From: Squalus acanthias
Lineage: Eukaryota
Length of the DNA: 64,000 nt
Direction of reading: 5' to 3'
Assembly (NCBI GenBank): GCA_030390025.1
Contig: CM059431.1
Coordinates: 112,904,001 to 112,968,000, forward strand
Made by a program: the position numbers and the translations under genes. The notes under the pieces were generated by a model. It had not been told where the DNA came from, searched no databases, and worked only from the letters and a program-made list of their open reading frames with translations. The number at the start of each line of letters is the position of its first letter. Positions within the stretch are counted from its first letter, which is position 1. Of the stretch, positions 51,417 through 64,000 are shown one piece after another.

Positions 51417-52386
51417 TGCAGAATTAGGGATGGGCAATAAATGCTGGCCTCACCAGCAACGCCCACATCCCATAAACGAATAAAAGAAAATAGAATAGGA
51501 AAAATATCTTAGCAATACAGGAGTCAGTACTACAAAAGCAAAATACTGCGGATGCTGGAAATCTGAAATACAAACAGAAAATGCTGGAAACACTCAGCAG
51601 GTCAGCCAGCACTGACGAAAGTTCATCGACCTGAAACGTTAACTCTGTTTCTCTCTCCAGCAGATGCTGCCTGACCTGCTGAGTGTTTCCAGCATTTTCT
51701 GCTTGTATTTCAGAAGTCAGTTTTAATATCTTTGTATTACGAGAATGTACTCAATGTGACAGGGGCTAACACATGGTTTAGATTAGATTCTGACGAAGGG
51801 TCATCGACCTGAAACGCTAACTCTGTTTCTCTCTCCACAGATGCTGCCTGACCTGCTGAGTATTTTCAGCATTTTTTGCTTATGTTTAGGAGGTGTCAGG
51901 GTAATACAATTTAGGAAGTGCCAAAGGATTTGTGTAAGAATTATAGCTGGTTTGGAGCCAAGATGTCTATGTTGCAGCTGTTATCATTCTGTTAAGGTGT
52001 GATGTTTATAACAATGCAAAATTTGACTGATAATTGTATTCCAGTGAAAATGAGGTGTACCTGGTGCGACATTGCCACCTACTGGTGTAGTAGCAGATGA
52101 CGCATAAAGGTCACGTGACAATAATCTCAGAATTAATAGGTTTGAGCGAGTCATCTGACACTGTCCATTTAGGTGTATAAATAGGCTCGCTTTCAGTAAT
52201 TCTGTGCTGAGAACGTGCCTGGTTTTGTTAGTGGTTTGCAGACCCTGATGGACATCCTACTATAGTAAGTGTATAGACGTATAACTTGCTTGCATTTTCT
52301 GTCGATACCAATAAAACCAACAAGTTGATTTACCTCTGGTATCCAGAATGATATTATTTTGATTAATCTACTCAGTTGATCTAACA
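51417..52386 (+). mobile_element. Solo LTR (5-bp TSD) carrying three nested inserts
   Basis: TG...TAACA; TSD CTGTC (51412-16, 52387-91); TATAAA at 52176, AATAAA at 52310; inserts: LINE-B tail ~51424-51490, Penelope hairpin ~51531-51712, Penelope fragment ~51788-51885. Confidence 0.8.
51790..51818 (+). ncRNA. Minimal hammerhead ribozyme-like motif in a Penelope terminal repeat
   Basis: CTGACGA-AG-GGTC-ATC-GACC-T-GAAAC; related copies at 21614, 51612, 42048 and (minus strand) ~20715-20743. Confidence 0.6.
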
Positions 52387-52629
52387 CTGTCCAGTGACCC
52401 ACTCTGGAAAGTGCGCGGATGTAAACATGAGGTGAAAACCCCATGGAGCTCGCCTGTCCCCCATGGTCAAACAGGCTGCACTCAGCAACAGCATCTGCCT
52501 TAGGAAAGTGACCAGCTGTCAGGTGGGAGTTTTTATTGTACTTTTCAATGGAATAAAGAACGGGGTCGCGACCCGCCACGGTGACCACCCGCACCCGACC
52601 CACCCAGGTACAGAAAATTCCAGCCAGGG

Positions 52630-53240
52630 AGTTAGCATGTAGGTACAGCAAGCAATTAGGAAGGAAAATGGCATGTTGGCCTTTATTGCTAGAGGTACAT
52701 GAGTAAGGAAGCCTTGCTACAGTTGTACAGGGCCTCAGTGAGACCACACCTGGAGTACTGTGCACAGTTCTGGTCTCCTTATCTAAGGAAGAATATACTT
52801 GCCTTGGAGACGGTGCAACAAAGGTTCACTAGATTGATTCCTGGGACGATGGTGTTGTACTATGAGGAGATTGGGCCTATACTCTCTGGAGTTTAGAAGA
52901 ATGAGAGGTGATCTCATTGAAACATATAAGATTCTGAGGGGGATTGACAGGGTAGATGCTGAGAGGTTGTTTCCCCTGGCTGGGGAGTCTAGAACTAGGG
53001 GGCATAGTCTCAGGATAAGGGGTCAGCCTTTTAAGACTGAGATGAGGAGGAATTTCTTCACTCAGAGGGTTATAAATCTTTGGAATTCTATGCCCCAAAG
53101 AGCTGTGGATGCTTAGTTGTTGAGTCTATTCAAGGCTGAGATAGATAGATTTTTGGACTCTAGAGAAATCAAGGGATATGGAGATAGGGCAGGCTCAAGG
53201 GGCCGTATGGCCTACTCCTGCTCCAAATTCTTATGTTCTT
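52630..53240 (+). mobile_element. CR1 3' fragment
   Basis: [40 protein letters not shown] tail. Confidence 0.93.
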
Positions 53241-53257
53241 ATTCTTTGCAGCAATTC

Positions 53258-53569
53258 ACAGAATCACAGAATCCCCACAGTGCAGATAGAGGCCATTTCG
53301 GCCCATCGAGCCTGCACCGACACATATCCCACCCTATCCCCGTAACCCCACGTATTTAATCCCCCTAACACTAAGGGTCAATTTATCATAGCCAAATCAA
53401 CCTAACACGCACATCTTTGGACTGTGGGAGGAAACCGGAGCACCCGGAGGAAACCCACGACACAGGGAGAATGTGCAAACTCCACACAGACAGTCACGCG
53501 AGGCCGGATTCGAACCTGGGTCCCTGGCGCTGTGAGGCAACAGTGCTAACCACTATGCCACCGTGTTGC
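53258..53569 (-). mobile_element. HE1-type V-SINE
   Basis: Minus-strand tRNA head CACGGTGGCATAGTGGTTAGCACTG..GGTTCGAATCC; V-domain GTGGGTTTCCTCCGGGTGCTCCGGTTTCCTCCCACAGTCCAAAGA; CR1-like tail. Confidence 0.9.
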
Positions 53570-54356
53570 TTCTTCAAAGACTACAAACAGAAGGACAATT
53601 AATGTCCAGAAGGTGGCACTACTGACAGCTGTTGCTAGTTTAACACAATTATTTGTTCAATAGAAAGAGTTCATGAAAGATAATCAAAGTAACAGATATG
53701 TTGCATCAGCAGAAAACTTCATGACCATCTCAGCATTAATGTAGAAAACATAAAACCATCCCACTGCACATTTTCTACAGAAATGATACAGTATCAGAGT
53801 GGCTCCTGTAAAATTTTAATAATGGCGTAACTTTTTGTTTAACATGATACCTTATTTTCATTCATTTTGTTATATACTATGTAGAGTCTACTTCAAGGGT
53901 GTCACTGTAGGATAAGTTCAGCAATCCTGGATTCCCAGTGGGGATGCTGGTTGAAGGAAATGTTGATCAGAGATAGGATGACCCACACTCCTGGCTGGGA
54001 GCTTGGAAGTGCTGAATTTACCCTTGTATGATTTCCCAGCATGTTGAAGTCAACCAAGAGAGCATCTTGACGATTGGAGCTCAAGACCCCATTTTTGAAG
54101 TGTTAGCATTCATGAGAGATGCCTGACTGTGCCTATGAAGGCCTTGCTGCAGAGGTCAGAGTAATTGCTATTTATTCTCTGGAAGACTGCAATACAGTTC
54201 ACTCAAACTGTACAGATCTGGTTTGTGGGCTCGAATCTAGGAGCACTATGACTGGAGCCCAGGGTCAGGGATCTAGCAGTATTTTGAGGGAGGACCCTCT
54301 CCAGTGCAGCCCCCAAAACCCTGGGATGTCACTCCCTTAGCCTGTTTCCAGTATTG

Positions 54357-55262
54357 ATAGGAACTGGAGCAGGCCATTTAGCCCTTCGAGCCTGTTCCGC
54401 CATTCAATTAGATCATGGCTGATCTGTATCTCAACTCCATTTACCCGCTTTGGTTCTGTAACCCTTACCCAACAAAAATCTATCAATCTCAGTTTTGACA
54501 TTTTTAATTGACCTAGCCTCAACAGCTTTTTGGGGGAGAAAGTTCTAGATTTCCACTACCCTTTGTGTGAAGAAGTGCTTCCTAACATCATCCCTGAACA
54601 GCCTAGCTCTAATTTTAAGGTTGTGCCCCTTTGTCCTGGACTCACCCACCAGGAGGAAATAGTTTCTCTCTACCTACCCTATCAACTCCTTTAATCACCT
54701 CAATGTGATCACCTTAATCTTCTATACTCAAAGGGAATACAAGCCTAGTCTAAGCAACATGTCCTCTTAATTTAACACATTTAGCTGCAGTATCATTCTG
54801 GTTAACCTGTACTCCACCCCCTCCAAGGCCAATATATCCTTCCTGAGGTGCGTTGCCAAGCACTGAATGCAGAACTCCAGATGCGGTCTAACCAGAGCTT
54901 TCTACAACTGTAGCATAGCTTCCACCCCTTTCGTATTCCAGCTCACTTGAGATAACGGCTAACATTACATTCGCCTTTTAAATTATTTTTGTACCTGTCT
55001 ACTAGCTTTTAGTGATTTCTGTACACGGACCCCTAAATCTCTCTGCTCCTCCACAGTTCCTAGTTGCTCACCATTTAGAAAATACTCTGATCCATCTTTT
55101 TAGGTCCAAAGTGGATGACCTCAAATTTCCCCACATTAAACTCCATCTGCTATAGCTTTGCCCACTCACTTAATCCATCAATGTCCCTTTTGCAACTTTC
55201 TGCTGCCATCTAACTAACTTAGTGCTGTCAGGAAACCTGGATATACAGCTCTCTATTCCTTC
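54357..55262 (-). mobile_element. Older CR1 3' fragment
   Basis: Reverse homolog of the CR1 RT C-terminus and 3'UTR; many indels. Confidence 0.88.
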
Positions 55263-56647
55263 AACAGCGTCTCGGATAATACGACTTGGCATAACACTCT
55301 GTTCTTATAAAATCGCAACTCACCAAGATTAATACCATACATTAAAAGTCTTGTTTGCAATGTTCCTGCAAAGTAATATTTAATTATTTCCTCCTGCCAA
55401 GCTATTTCCACCATGCCTGCTTGTCACGACTACCTGTCACACTTGCTCGTTTCCCTTACCCTTTTCCAATTAATAGTTATCACACATACTCACCTCCCAT
55501 GGAGTCACTCTGAGTATTCAAATCTGGCCTCTTGCCCAGCTTTGCTCTCTGCTGCCTCCACCATAATCCCCGGACCCACTGACCTTTGCAGTGATCCCAA
55601 ACTCCGCACCACCCCCCACCCACCACCCACCCCTGCTGTGACCCTGATCCCTAATCCGAGCCAAATACTCGCTTCACCAGCCCCAGCGCCCTTACTAACA
55701 GAAGCAGCGTGACCGGGAACTGGCCTTTAGTTAGTTAGGCACTTTCAGTGCTATTAAACGCTTTACTCCCTTTTAAAAGCACTTCACCAACTTGTAGCTA
55801 GTGCCTTGTCATAGCTTCTCTCACTCGGAGGCATGGTTCCCAAAAACAGTTTCGCCAGCACTCAGCTGCGAAACCTGCATTATTTAAATCCATTAGCAGA
55901 TCTCCTGTGATGTTGCTCAATGAGTCAGAGGATTTGTTCTTTTATGAAGTAGGGGTTCTTCTGCCATGTAGGGGGTGATATCAAGGCCCCTGATTTATAG
56001 TGACTGAAAAAGTCAAATTCCATTTTTATTAAATGATATTCTGAGATATTTACTGGTGCTTTGGGGATTGAATTTCATGATTCTGTCCATTATTCTGTGA
56101 AAACTGTAAATGAGTGTGCTTTATTTGTTTAGCTATGTACTAAATTCCTTTACCAACTTTAAAATTGAAAGTACATAGCAACATGGTATGCAAGATGGTG
56201 TTGGGGCAGTGCTGGGTAGGTGGGGGGGTGGGGGGTGGTGGTGGGCGTGCTGAACCACCAGCAATGATCTGTGGTTTTCTAAGAGGTCTGTACAAATATT
56301 TAAATTTTGCATTTTGTGGTTGGTCGGTAAAAGTAGAACTTGGTGTCTGTGTCTTTTCATCTCTCCGTCCATATCTTCGTGTCTCGGTTATTGGTAATTA
56401 TAATATTTACATTTTCTCTTTAGCAACAAGATACTGGTGATAATTGGATAATAATTTAAAGCTTTGTTCACTGCCAAAATTCAATTTAAACACCAATTAA
56501 TGCTACAGCAGATGTTTTCTCTCCCTCTCTATTTCCTCTCTCACACACGCACACCACAATACAAATATATAGTGTTTTAAAAAAAACTATAGATTTTATC
56601 TGTATAAAGCTATTGAAGTGTGTCTTCTAGTTATCTTTCAAATAATT

Positions 56648-56933
56648 GACACTCCAGTGCAGTGCTGAGGGAGTGCTGCACTGTCGGAGGTGCCGTCTTT
56701 CGGATGAGACGTTAAACCTGCTCTCTCAAGTGGAAGTAAAAGATCCCATGGCACTATTTCGAAGAAGAGCAGGGGAGTTATCCTCGGTGTCCTGGCCAAT
56801 ATTTATCCCTCAACCAACATAACAAAAACAGATTATCTGGTCATTAACACATTGCTGTTTGTGGGAGCTTGCTGTGCGCAAATTGGCTGCCGCGTTTCCC
56901 ACATTACAACAGTGACTACACTTCAAAAGTACT
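56648..56933 (+). mobile_element. Deu-domain SINE 5' part; its tail continues at 60388-60465
   Basis: ..CTTCAAAAGTACT | GTACTTCAGTGGCTGTAAAGC..; GTACT duplicated. Confidence 0.88.
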
Positions 56934-59900
56934 AGTTTGTCAGGGGGCTGGGAACCCAAGTGTGGGCCCAGAACGGAGAGAAACAAAGCTGGAAGTGCAA
57001 GTTAGAAAAGTAGTCAACAAAACTAGTAGGGAGCAGAAACAAAGGCCAACAGTAAAGAGGGTCAAAGTGAAGAAAAATATTAAACAGGCAAAGTTGAAGG
57101 CACTTTATCTAAATGCACATAGCATTCGCAACAAGGTGGATGAATTAATGGCACTAATAGAAGTAAATGGGTATGATGTAATTGCCGTTGCAGGGTAACC
57201 AAAGCTGGGAACTGAATGTTCCAGGGTACTCAACATTTAGGAAGGACAGACAAAAATGAAAAGGAGGTGGCGTAGTGCTGTTAATAAGGGATGAGATCGG
57301 TATGGTAGAGATAAAAGATCTTGGGTTGGCAAATCGTGATGTAGGACTCGAATCAGTTTGGGTGGAGCTAAGAAACAGCAAAGGGCGGAAAACATTGGTG
57401 GGAGTTGTGTATAGGCCACCAAACAGTAGTGGTAATGTAGGGCACAGTATCAATCAAGAAATTAGAAGTGCATGTAACAAGGGCAATACGGCAATCATGG
57501 GGGACTTTAATCTACATATTGACTGGGCAAATCAAATTACCACTAATGGTGTGGAGGACAAATTCTTGGAATGCATGCGAGATGGTTTCCTGGATCAGTA
57601 TGTGGAGGAACCAACCAGGGAACAAGCTATTCTGGATCTGGTACTGTGTAATGAGAAAGGGCTAATCAATAATCTTGTGGTAAAGGGGCCTTTAGGGACA
57701 AGTGACCATAATATGATTGAATTTTACATTAAGTTTGAGAGTGATGTAGTCCAATCTGAAACTAAGGTCTTCAGTCTAAACAGAGGAAACTACAAGGGTA
57801 TGAGGGACAAGTTGGCCATGGTAGATTGGGAGACTACACTAAAAGGTATGAAGGTGGACATACAATGGCTAACATTCAAGGAAATAATGCATAATTTGCA
57901 ACAAACATACATTCCTCCAGGGCATTAAAAACCCAAAAGGAAAAGTGATCAAACCATGGCTAACAAAAGAAATTAAAGCTAGTATTAAGTCAAAGGAGGA
58001 AGCTTATAAAGTTGCAAGAAAAAGTGGTCAGCCTGAGGATTGGGATCTTTTTAGAAATCAGCAAAGGGGGACCAAGAAATTGATAAAGAAAGGAAAAATG
58101 GAATATGAGCACAAACTAGCGAAAAATATAAAAACGGATTGTAAAAGCTTCTATAGGTATGTGAAAAGGAAAAGACTGGCGAAGGTAAATGTAAAGGGCC
58201 CGCGCAGGAAAAGAAAAATTAGAGGGAACATTGCACCTCACCCTCACACACTGACCACTGCTGTAAGCCTCAGACCCTCATCTCACAGCTTGCACACACT
58301 GATAGCTATTCAAACATGACAGCCCCATCAATCAAACACTTTCCTCTCTCGTGCAGGACAAGGTGGCGCACAATCACAGCCAGCAGCAGCTAACCGGAGG
58401 GGGACAGACGTGTCTGCATATCCTAGCCTGATGGAGGAGATGGTGTTTACCATTATGGAGTGGCCATGACTGAGGCCGTGGACAGCGGCGGGGCTGAATC
58501 CATTGAAGATGACGGTATGCTCATATCTAATCCTCCTTCTCACATCCCACTTCCCCCTCATCCCACAATCTCTTCTGATTTACAAGCTGCACAGTGTAAG
58601 CACACACCTTTTGCTTTCCCCACTCCCCTCACCACAACCCTGCCCTTGTGCCTTTCTCCTTTCAGACACCCAAGAGTGCCAACCTGGGCAGGCAGTGATG
58701 GAAGAGGATGAAGACACTGATGAAGAAGAAACACCGTCACTCAATCTCACATTCGCAGCCACCAGCTCAGATACTGGCACTGCACGTGCTTTAGAGGGTA
58801 GCATTAGAGGCGGGATCTGCAAGTGGTGAGTCACTGGGCACAAGTGGGCTGCAACCAGGGCAGGGTGAAAGGGTAGTGCAGGTGCCAGCTCCCCCGAAGG
58901 GTGAGGTTGCGTACGAGTTCTGCTGCACAGGACTCAGATGAGGACTTTGATGGGGTGGCCTACAGAAGAAGGCTGATGGGTATGCGCATTGAATTGCTTG
59001 GTGCATGACAAGCCTGTCAGAATGCCTGAGTGCAATGTCAAAGAACATGGAGGAGTCCAGCATTAACCTTGCACAGGGCTTTGCGCAGAGCTTAGAGCCC
59101 ATCCTTTCCAGCATGAAAGTGGTGGCCTACTCCACCGATTGGAGTTCTTTGAGGATGTAACTAGTGGAGTAGACAAAGGGGAACCAGTAGATGTGGTGTA
59201 TCTGGATTTTCAGAAGGCCATCGATAAGGTCCCACACAAGAGGTTGGTGAACAAAATTAGGGCACATGGAATTGGGGGTAATATACTAGCATGGATTGAG
59301 AATTAGTTAACAGACAGAAAACAAAGAGTAGGGATAAACGGGTCTTTTTCAGGATGGCAGGCTGTGACTAGTGGGGTACCGCAAGGATCGGTGCTTGGGC
59401 CCCAGCTATTCACAATCTATATCAATGATTTGGATGAGGGGACTAAATGTCACATTTCCAAATTTGCTGATAATACAAAGCTAGGTGGCAGTGTCAGTTG
59501 TGAAGAGGCTTCAAGGGTATCTCGACAGGCTCAGTGAGTGGGCGAGAACATGGCAGATGGAATATAATGTGGATAAATGTGAAGTTATCCACTTTGGTAG
59601 AAAAAACAGAAAGGCAGAGTATTTCCTAAATGGTGAAAGATTGGGGAATGCAGATGCTCAAAGGGACTTGGGTGTCCTTGTACATGAGTCACTGAAAGTG
59701 AATGTGCAGGTGCAGCAAGCCATTAGGAAGGCAAATGGTATGCTGGCCTTCATTACAAGAGGATTTGAGTACAGGAGTAAAGAAGTCTTACTCCAATTAT
59801 ATAGGGCCTTGGTGAGACCACACCTGGAGTACTGTGTACAATTTTGGTCTCCTTACCTAAGGAAGGATATACTTGCCATAGAGGGAGTGCAACGAAGGTT

Positions 59901-60387
59901 CACGAGATTGATTCCTGGGATGGTGGGACTGTTGTATGAGAAGAGATTAAGTAAACTAGGCCTGTAGTCACTTGAATTCGGAAGAATGAGAGGGGATCTC
60001 ATTGAAGCATACAAAATTATTACAGGGCTTGATGGGGTGGATGCTGGGAGAATGTTTCCCTTGGCTGGGGAGTCTAGAACCAGGGGCCACAGCCTCAGGA
60101 TAAAGGGTAAGCCATTCAGGATTGAGATGAGAAGAAATTTCTTCACAGAGGGTGGTGAATCTTTGGAATTCTCTACCCCAGAGGGCTGTGGAGGCTCAGT
60201 CATTGGGTATATTCAAAACAGAAGTCGATAGATTTCTGACTAGTAAGGGCATCAAGTGATATGGCGATAGGGCCGGTGAATGGAGTTGAGGCAGAAGTAC
60301 AGCCATGATCTCATTGAATGGCGGAGCAGGCTTGAAGGGCTGAATGGCCTACTCCTGCTCCTATTTCTTATGTTCTTATGTTCTTAT
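56934..60387 (+). mobile_element. CR1 LINE (endonuclease to tail) with its centre replaced by foreign DNA at 58193-59138
   Basis: LYLNAHSIRNK, GVVYRPP, MGDFN, SDHN; RT resumes at LEFFEDV; (TTCTTATG)n tail. Confidence 0.93.
58234..59135 (+). pseudogene. Harbinger Myb/SANT gene fragment (intron 1 to exon 3), same family as 801-2457
   Basis: GACGGTATG donor followed by TAATCCT.CTTCTC.CATCCCACTTCCCCCTCATCCCACAATCTCTTCT, shared with 1327-1392. Confidence 0.88.
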
Positions 60388-60839
60388 GTACTTCAGTGGC
60401 TGTAAAGCGCTTTGAGACGTCCGGTGGTTGTGAAAGGCGCTATATAAATGCAAGTCTTTCTTTTCTTAATTACTGCACCTTCTCAGACTCCAGGATCTGC
60501 CTTCAGCTCACAGAGTCATAGCTTTGGGCAAAAATCTTTTAAGTTCATATCCAACCTCTTTCCCACTACTGGTACCTTCCAGGATCTCCCACCCAGCAAC
60601 CCTCCTCATCAATGCTCTCACACCCAACACCACCCTCCCACCATTGCCACGCTGATACTTTCCACCCAGTGCACCCACGCTCAGACCACTCTCCCACCCC
60701 CCAAAAACACCAGGTATCCCTTCAGTTATTGCATGCCCTGACACCCGTCTCAGTCCCATGAGACTTTGGCATCCCCTTACCAATGCTCCCAAACATCAGG
60801 ACTGCCACCAGTGCTCAGATACTGATTAAATCCATCGCC

Positions 60840-61030
60840 TTGCTCAAGATGAGCCTGGCAATGCACAATCTTGGTATTCTGTTTGACCCCGAGCTACACT
60901 TCAATCCCCATATTTCAGTTCAGTTCATAACCAAAACCACCTACTTTCATCTCTATGACATTGCTCACCCATATCCCTACTTGTCCTCACCACCACGGAA
61001 ACCATCATCCACAGCTTCATCATCTCAAAG
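60840..61030 (+). mobile_element. L2 fragment
   Basis: HNLGILFDPEL.F.PHI..ITKTTYFHL in ORF 60783..61142. Confidence 0.75.
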
Positions 61031-61070
61031 ATTTTTTTACACACTATCCCTATATCTTCCAGACTTTTCA

Positions 61071-61555
61071 GGGGAAAAATTGGGTTGCTTTGTGCCTCCC
61101 GTTAGCGCCCCCGGGGGCGCTAACGAGGTGGAAAGCCCCTAACGCCCGAGCGCAGTGCCACTAACGCCTCCCACAAAATTTAGCGGGTGGTTAGCGGCAG
61201 CGGTAGCCAGTAGCGCCCTGCGGTGCTCGCCGCCGGCGATGACATCATCGCTGTGCGCAGCGCCCCGCTTGCGCCCTGGCCGCAACCTTCCCTTGCACCC
61301 CCTGACCTATTGCCGGATGATATGTCTGACCGGTTCAGGGGGCGCTTTGGCAGCAGCAGCGGTGCAAATTAAAGGGCAGGTGCCGGGCAGCCATTTTTCT
61401 TTTGGCCGACTGCCAGCAACTGTTCCTTCTTAACTCTGTACAAGGGGTGCCGGCTGCGACCACTTTTTTCTGTTTTCCCGACACCCCGCTCCCCGGTGGT
61501 CCAGCACCCCATCGACGTTAGCGCCCCAAAGGGGGAGCCACCAAATTTTTCCCCC
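61071..61555. mobile_element. Harbinger-type MITE
   Basis: GGGGAAAAATTGG / CCAAATTTTTCCCCC; repeated TTAGCGCC/GGCGCTAA subterminal motifs. Confidence 0.8.
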
Positions 61556-62059
61556 TTATAATCTCCCCAGTGATTTCACATCCACTGACCCCCATACTGC
61601 AATCTCCCCAGGTACTACCAGACCCAAGGACAACCACCCCCCCGCAGTATTCTCAGGTCCCAACATCATGCCCTACACCACCCTTCCATCTCTGCCACAA
61701 CCTGGAACCCCTATGCTTGGCACATCTTCATTTGTTAGACAGCTTCTCCACTACAGGAATCCTTCCCGCCAACCCCCAGTGCTCCCAGACAGCAATACAA
61801 GTCCGTTTCCGTCATTCTCTCATCGGTACCGAATTACATGACATTCTCCTACAGCTACATTCGATAGCTGCAGTGTCGTTCTTAACTACCTGCCATCGGG
61901 AACAGTTTCTCTACCACTTATATCTCGGGCTATAAAAAAAGATAAGATAAAACTCAAAATTCCTCAGGGGTCTGCTGGCTCCTTTGGGACCTAGCGTTTG
62001 TATGGCAGATGGTAAGTCCAGGGAGGTGAGGCATACTCACCTCTACAAGGATGGATGTA

Positions 62060-62643
62060 GTTCTCACATCTTGTTCATCACCAAAACCATCTACTTTCAT
62101 CACTTGCCTACATCTCTACTTTGCCTCACCAGCACTGAAACCATCATCCACTCAAAGCTTGATTTTTTCCTTGCTTCATCCTGCATCAATTACAATTCAT
62201 CCAGAACTCTGGTGCTTCTCTTCTATCTTGTGCAAAACCCTGTGCAAAATTCACCCCATTTGTTCACCAACCATCATTGGCTCCGCATTCCCCTGCGTAT
62301 CAACTTTAAAATAGTCATTCTTTTTTTCAAATCCCTTCATGATCTCACTCCATCTTCCCTCTGAATCTGCACCGGTCCACAGCACTCGCCCTACATTCCT
62401 CCAACGTCAGCCGACTGTGTATCATCTTCCCTCAGGCTCCACTTTCAGTTGCAGAACCTTCAGCCACCATGTCTCTGCACTCTGAAATTCTCTTCTTAAA
62501 CTTCTCCATCTTGTCACTTCTCTTCCTACCGTCGAAAATCTCCCTCAACCCCTCTCTTGCTTGGTGTCCTCTCATGTCCTGTAAAGTGCCTTGGAACATT
62601 TGTTATTCAAAAAACACTGTATAAAAGTAAGTTATTGTTGCTG
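62060..62643 (+). mobile_element. Old L2 3' end
   Basis: ITKTIYFH..HWLRIPLRINFKI; tail TATAAAAGTAAGTTATTGTTG. Confidence 0.75.
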
Positions 62644-62877
62644 TCATTGAAGAGTGAATTTTACAAATGCGCACTCCCAGCAAAAAGTCTCACCCACCAG
62701 GAATACATATTGGGAAAAATAGATACCATCAGGTTCCACATTAATTTCTTCCCTCCTGTCATTTTGTGTCCTGACTCCTTTGGTTCCACAACATTTCTTG
62801 GGTTTCTCTTTCATTCTCAGAAATTAATCTTGAGATTCCCTGGACAAGAAACAGCATGCTTACAACCTAGACACTTA

Positions 62878-63548
62878 GGGCAGAATTTTCATTGACCCGT
62901 GGAGGCGGGTTTGGAGGTGTGTGGGGGGTTAAAATTGCGAAAACTGCCGGGCGGGCACAAGCCCGCCTCCATTCCGCCTCCTCACAATTTTCATTAAATC
63001 GTGTCTGCTGGTCCGACTCCGTCCCGCCTCCAAGAGGCGGGATAGGCCGTTAAGGCCCTTAACAAGCACTAAATTGCCTCTATAATGCCATTTTGAAAGG
63101 CCTTTGTGATTTTAACCCTTTTTCCACGTGAAGCACGCCTGTTCTGAACCACGAATATGAAACCTGGCGGGAGCACATTTAGATTGCTGACTATCAGCTG
63201 CAGGTCCACTATTACAACGGAGAGTGGTGGTGGTGGTGGTAGTGGTGGAAAATTCTGGGAGCAGACTTAGGTCTCCTGCTGCTCATTTTGCCTCCAGGTC
63301 CCTCTCACAGCAAAGGCCAAAAGCTTCCCAGTCTTTGCAGGCCTTAAATGCAGCAGCAATGATGACATTATCAGAGGCGACTTTCAGACTGAAAACACTA
63401 ATTGGTTCATGGGTTCCCACATGCTGGAACTCAATTGCCCAATTAGGTGAAAATTGCATCAATCTCCCACATCCAATTGGAGTCGGGTGGATAACACAAA
63501 AAGTGGATGACACGACCCCAGCCCGCCCCAGTATCAAAATCCAGCCCT
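62878..63548. mobile_element. Harbinger-type MITE or MITE fragments
   Basis: Left GGGCAGAATTTTC preceded by TTA; right AAAATCCAGCCC followed by TTA. Confidence 0.6.
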
Positions 63549-63934
63549 TAGCGTTTCTGCCACACTTGGTTGGTGAGATCTGTGATTTGGGAGTTTTGGT
63601 GGTTCTTTTACCTGCAATCTCAATGACGACTTTTTATGACAATGTTGGGAGTAGCAGGCGAACTTTGGCCATGGCCTTATTTCATGCAACCACAAAAACA
63701 AAGCAAAACATTGAAGCTTATTTCATCCCTTTCATACTTTCCTCCTATTCCTTTGAGATATCTATCTCCAAAATTAATGAAGGTTGAGGTACCTCTTTTT
63801 AAAACAATATTCCACCATTAAGTGTTCGTGAGAGAGGAAGGTTTACAATAAATGCAAGAGCTCCTCATTGTTCTCTTGCTTATTTTCTGTTACCTCCCTT
63901 GCCTTAGGAAGTAAATCAATTTCAATGCACTTAA

Positions 63935-64000
63935 AAGAAAGAACTTGCATTTATATAGCGCCTCTCACAACCTCAGGACATCTCAATGTGGTTTACAGTC
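63935..64000 (-). mobile_element. Deu-domain SINE tail, runs off the window
   Basis: AAGAAAGAACTTGCATTTATATAGCGCC. Confidence 0.8.

Larger units (their letters stand above)
51250..52510 (+). mobile_element. Old tRNA-derived SINE (AmnSINE2-like) split by a solo LTR
   Basis: ..CACTCCTGATCGCTGTC | CAGTGACCCACTCTGGA.. is contiguous once 51417-52391 is removed. Confidence 0.6.

Noticed and set aside
1..64000. CRISPR array or prokaryotic operon
   Set aside because: No regularly spaced direct repeats; content is vertebrate transposons with spliceosomal introns.

Overview
Eukaryotic, repeat-dense, essentially non-coding (intronic or intergenic) DNA. The repeat families (HE1-type SINE, Deu-domain SINE, CR1/HER1-type LINE) point to a cartilaginous fish, probably a shark; this is an inference. 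No intact host gene is recognisable, only a few candidate exons. Main contents: (1) a full-length but frameshifted two-gene PIF/Harbinger transposon (21786-25985; ATT TSD; spliced Myb/SANT gene and HARBI1-like DDE transposase, convergent), with several decayed copies and many Harbinger-type MITEs; (2) CR1, L2 and a second CR1/L2-group LINE, each with a partner SINE; (3) Penelope-like element termini carrying minimal hammerhead-ribozyme cores and 14-15 bp TSDs; (4) two solo LTRs defined by TG..CA ends and TSDs. The least routine observations are two short templated insertions copied from sequence 2-3 kb away, a CR1 whose middle is replaced by captured transposon DNA, and MITEs carrying promoter motifs plus clustered splice donors. 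All calls are by eye; family names need database confirmation.
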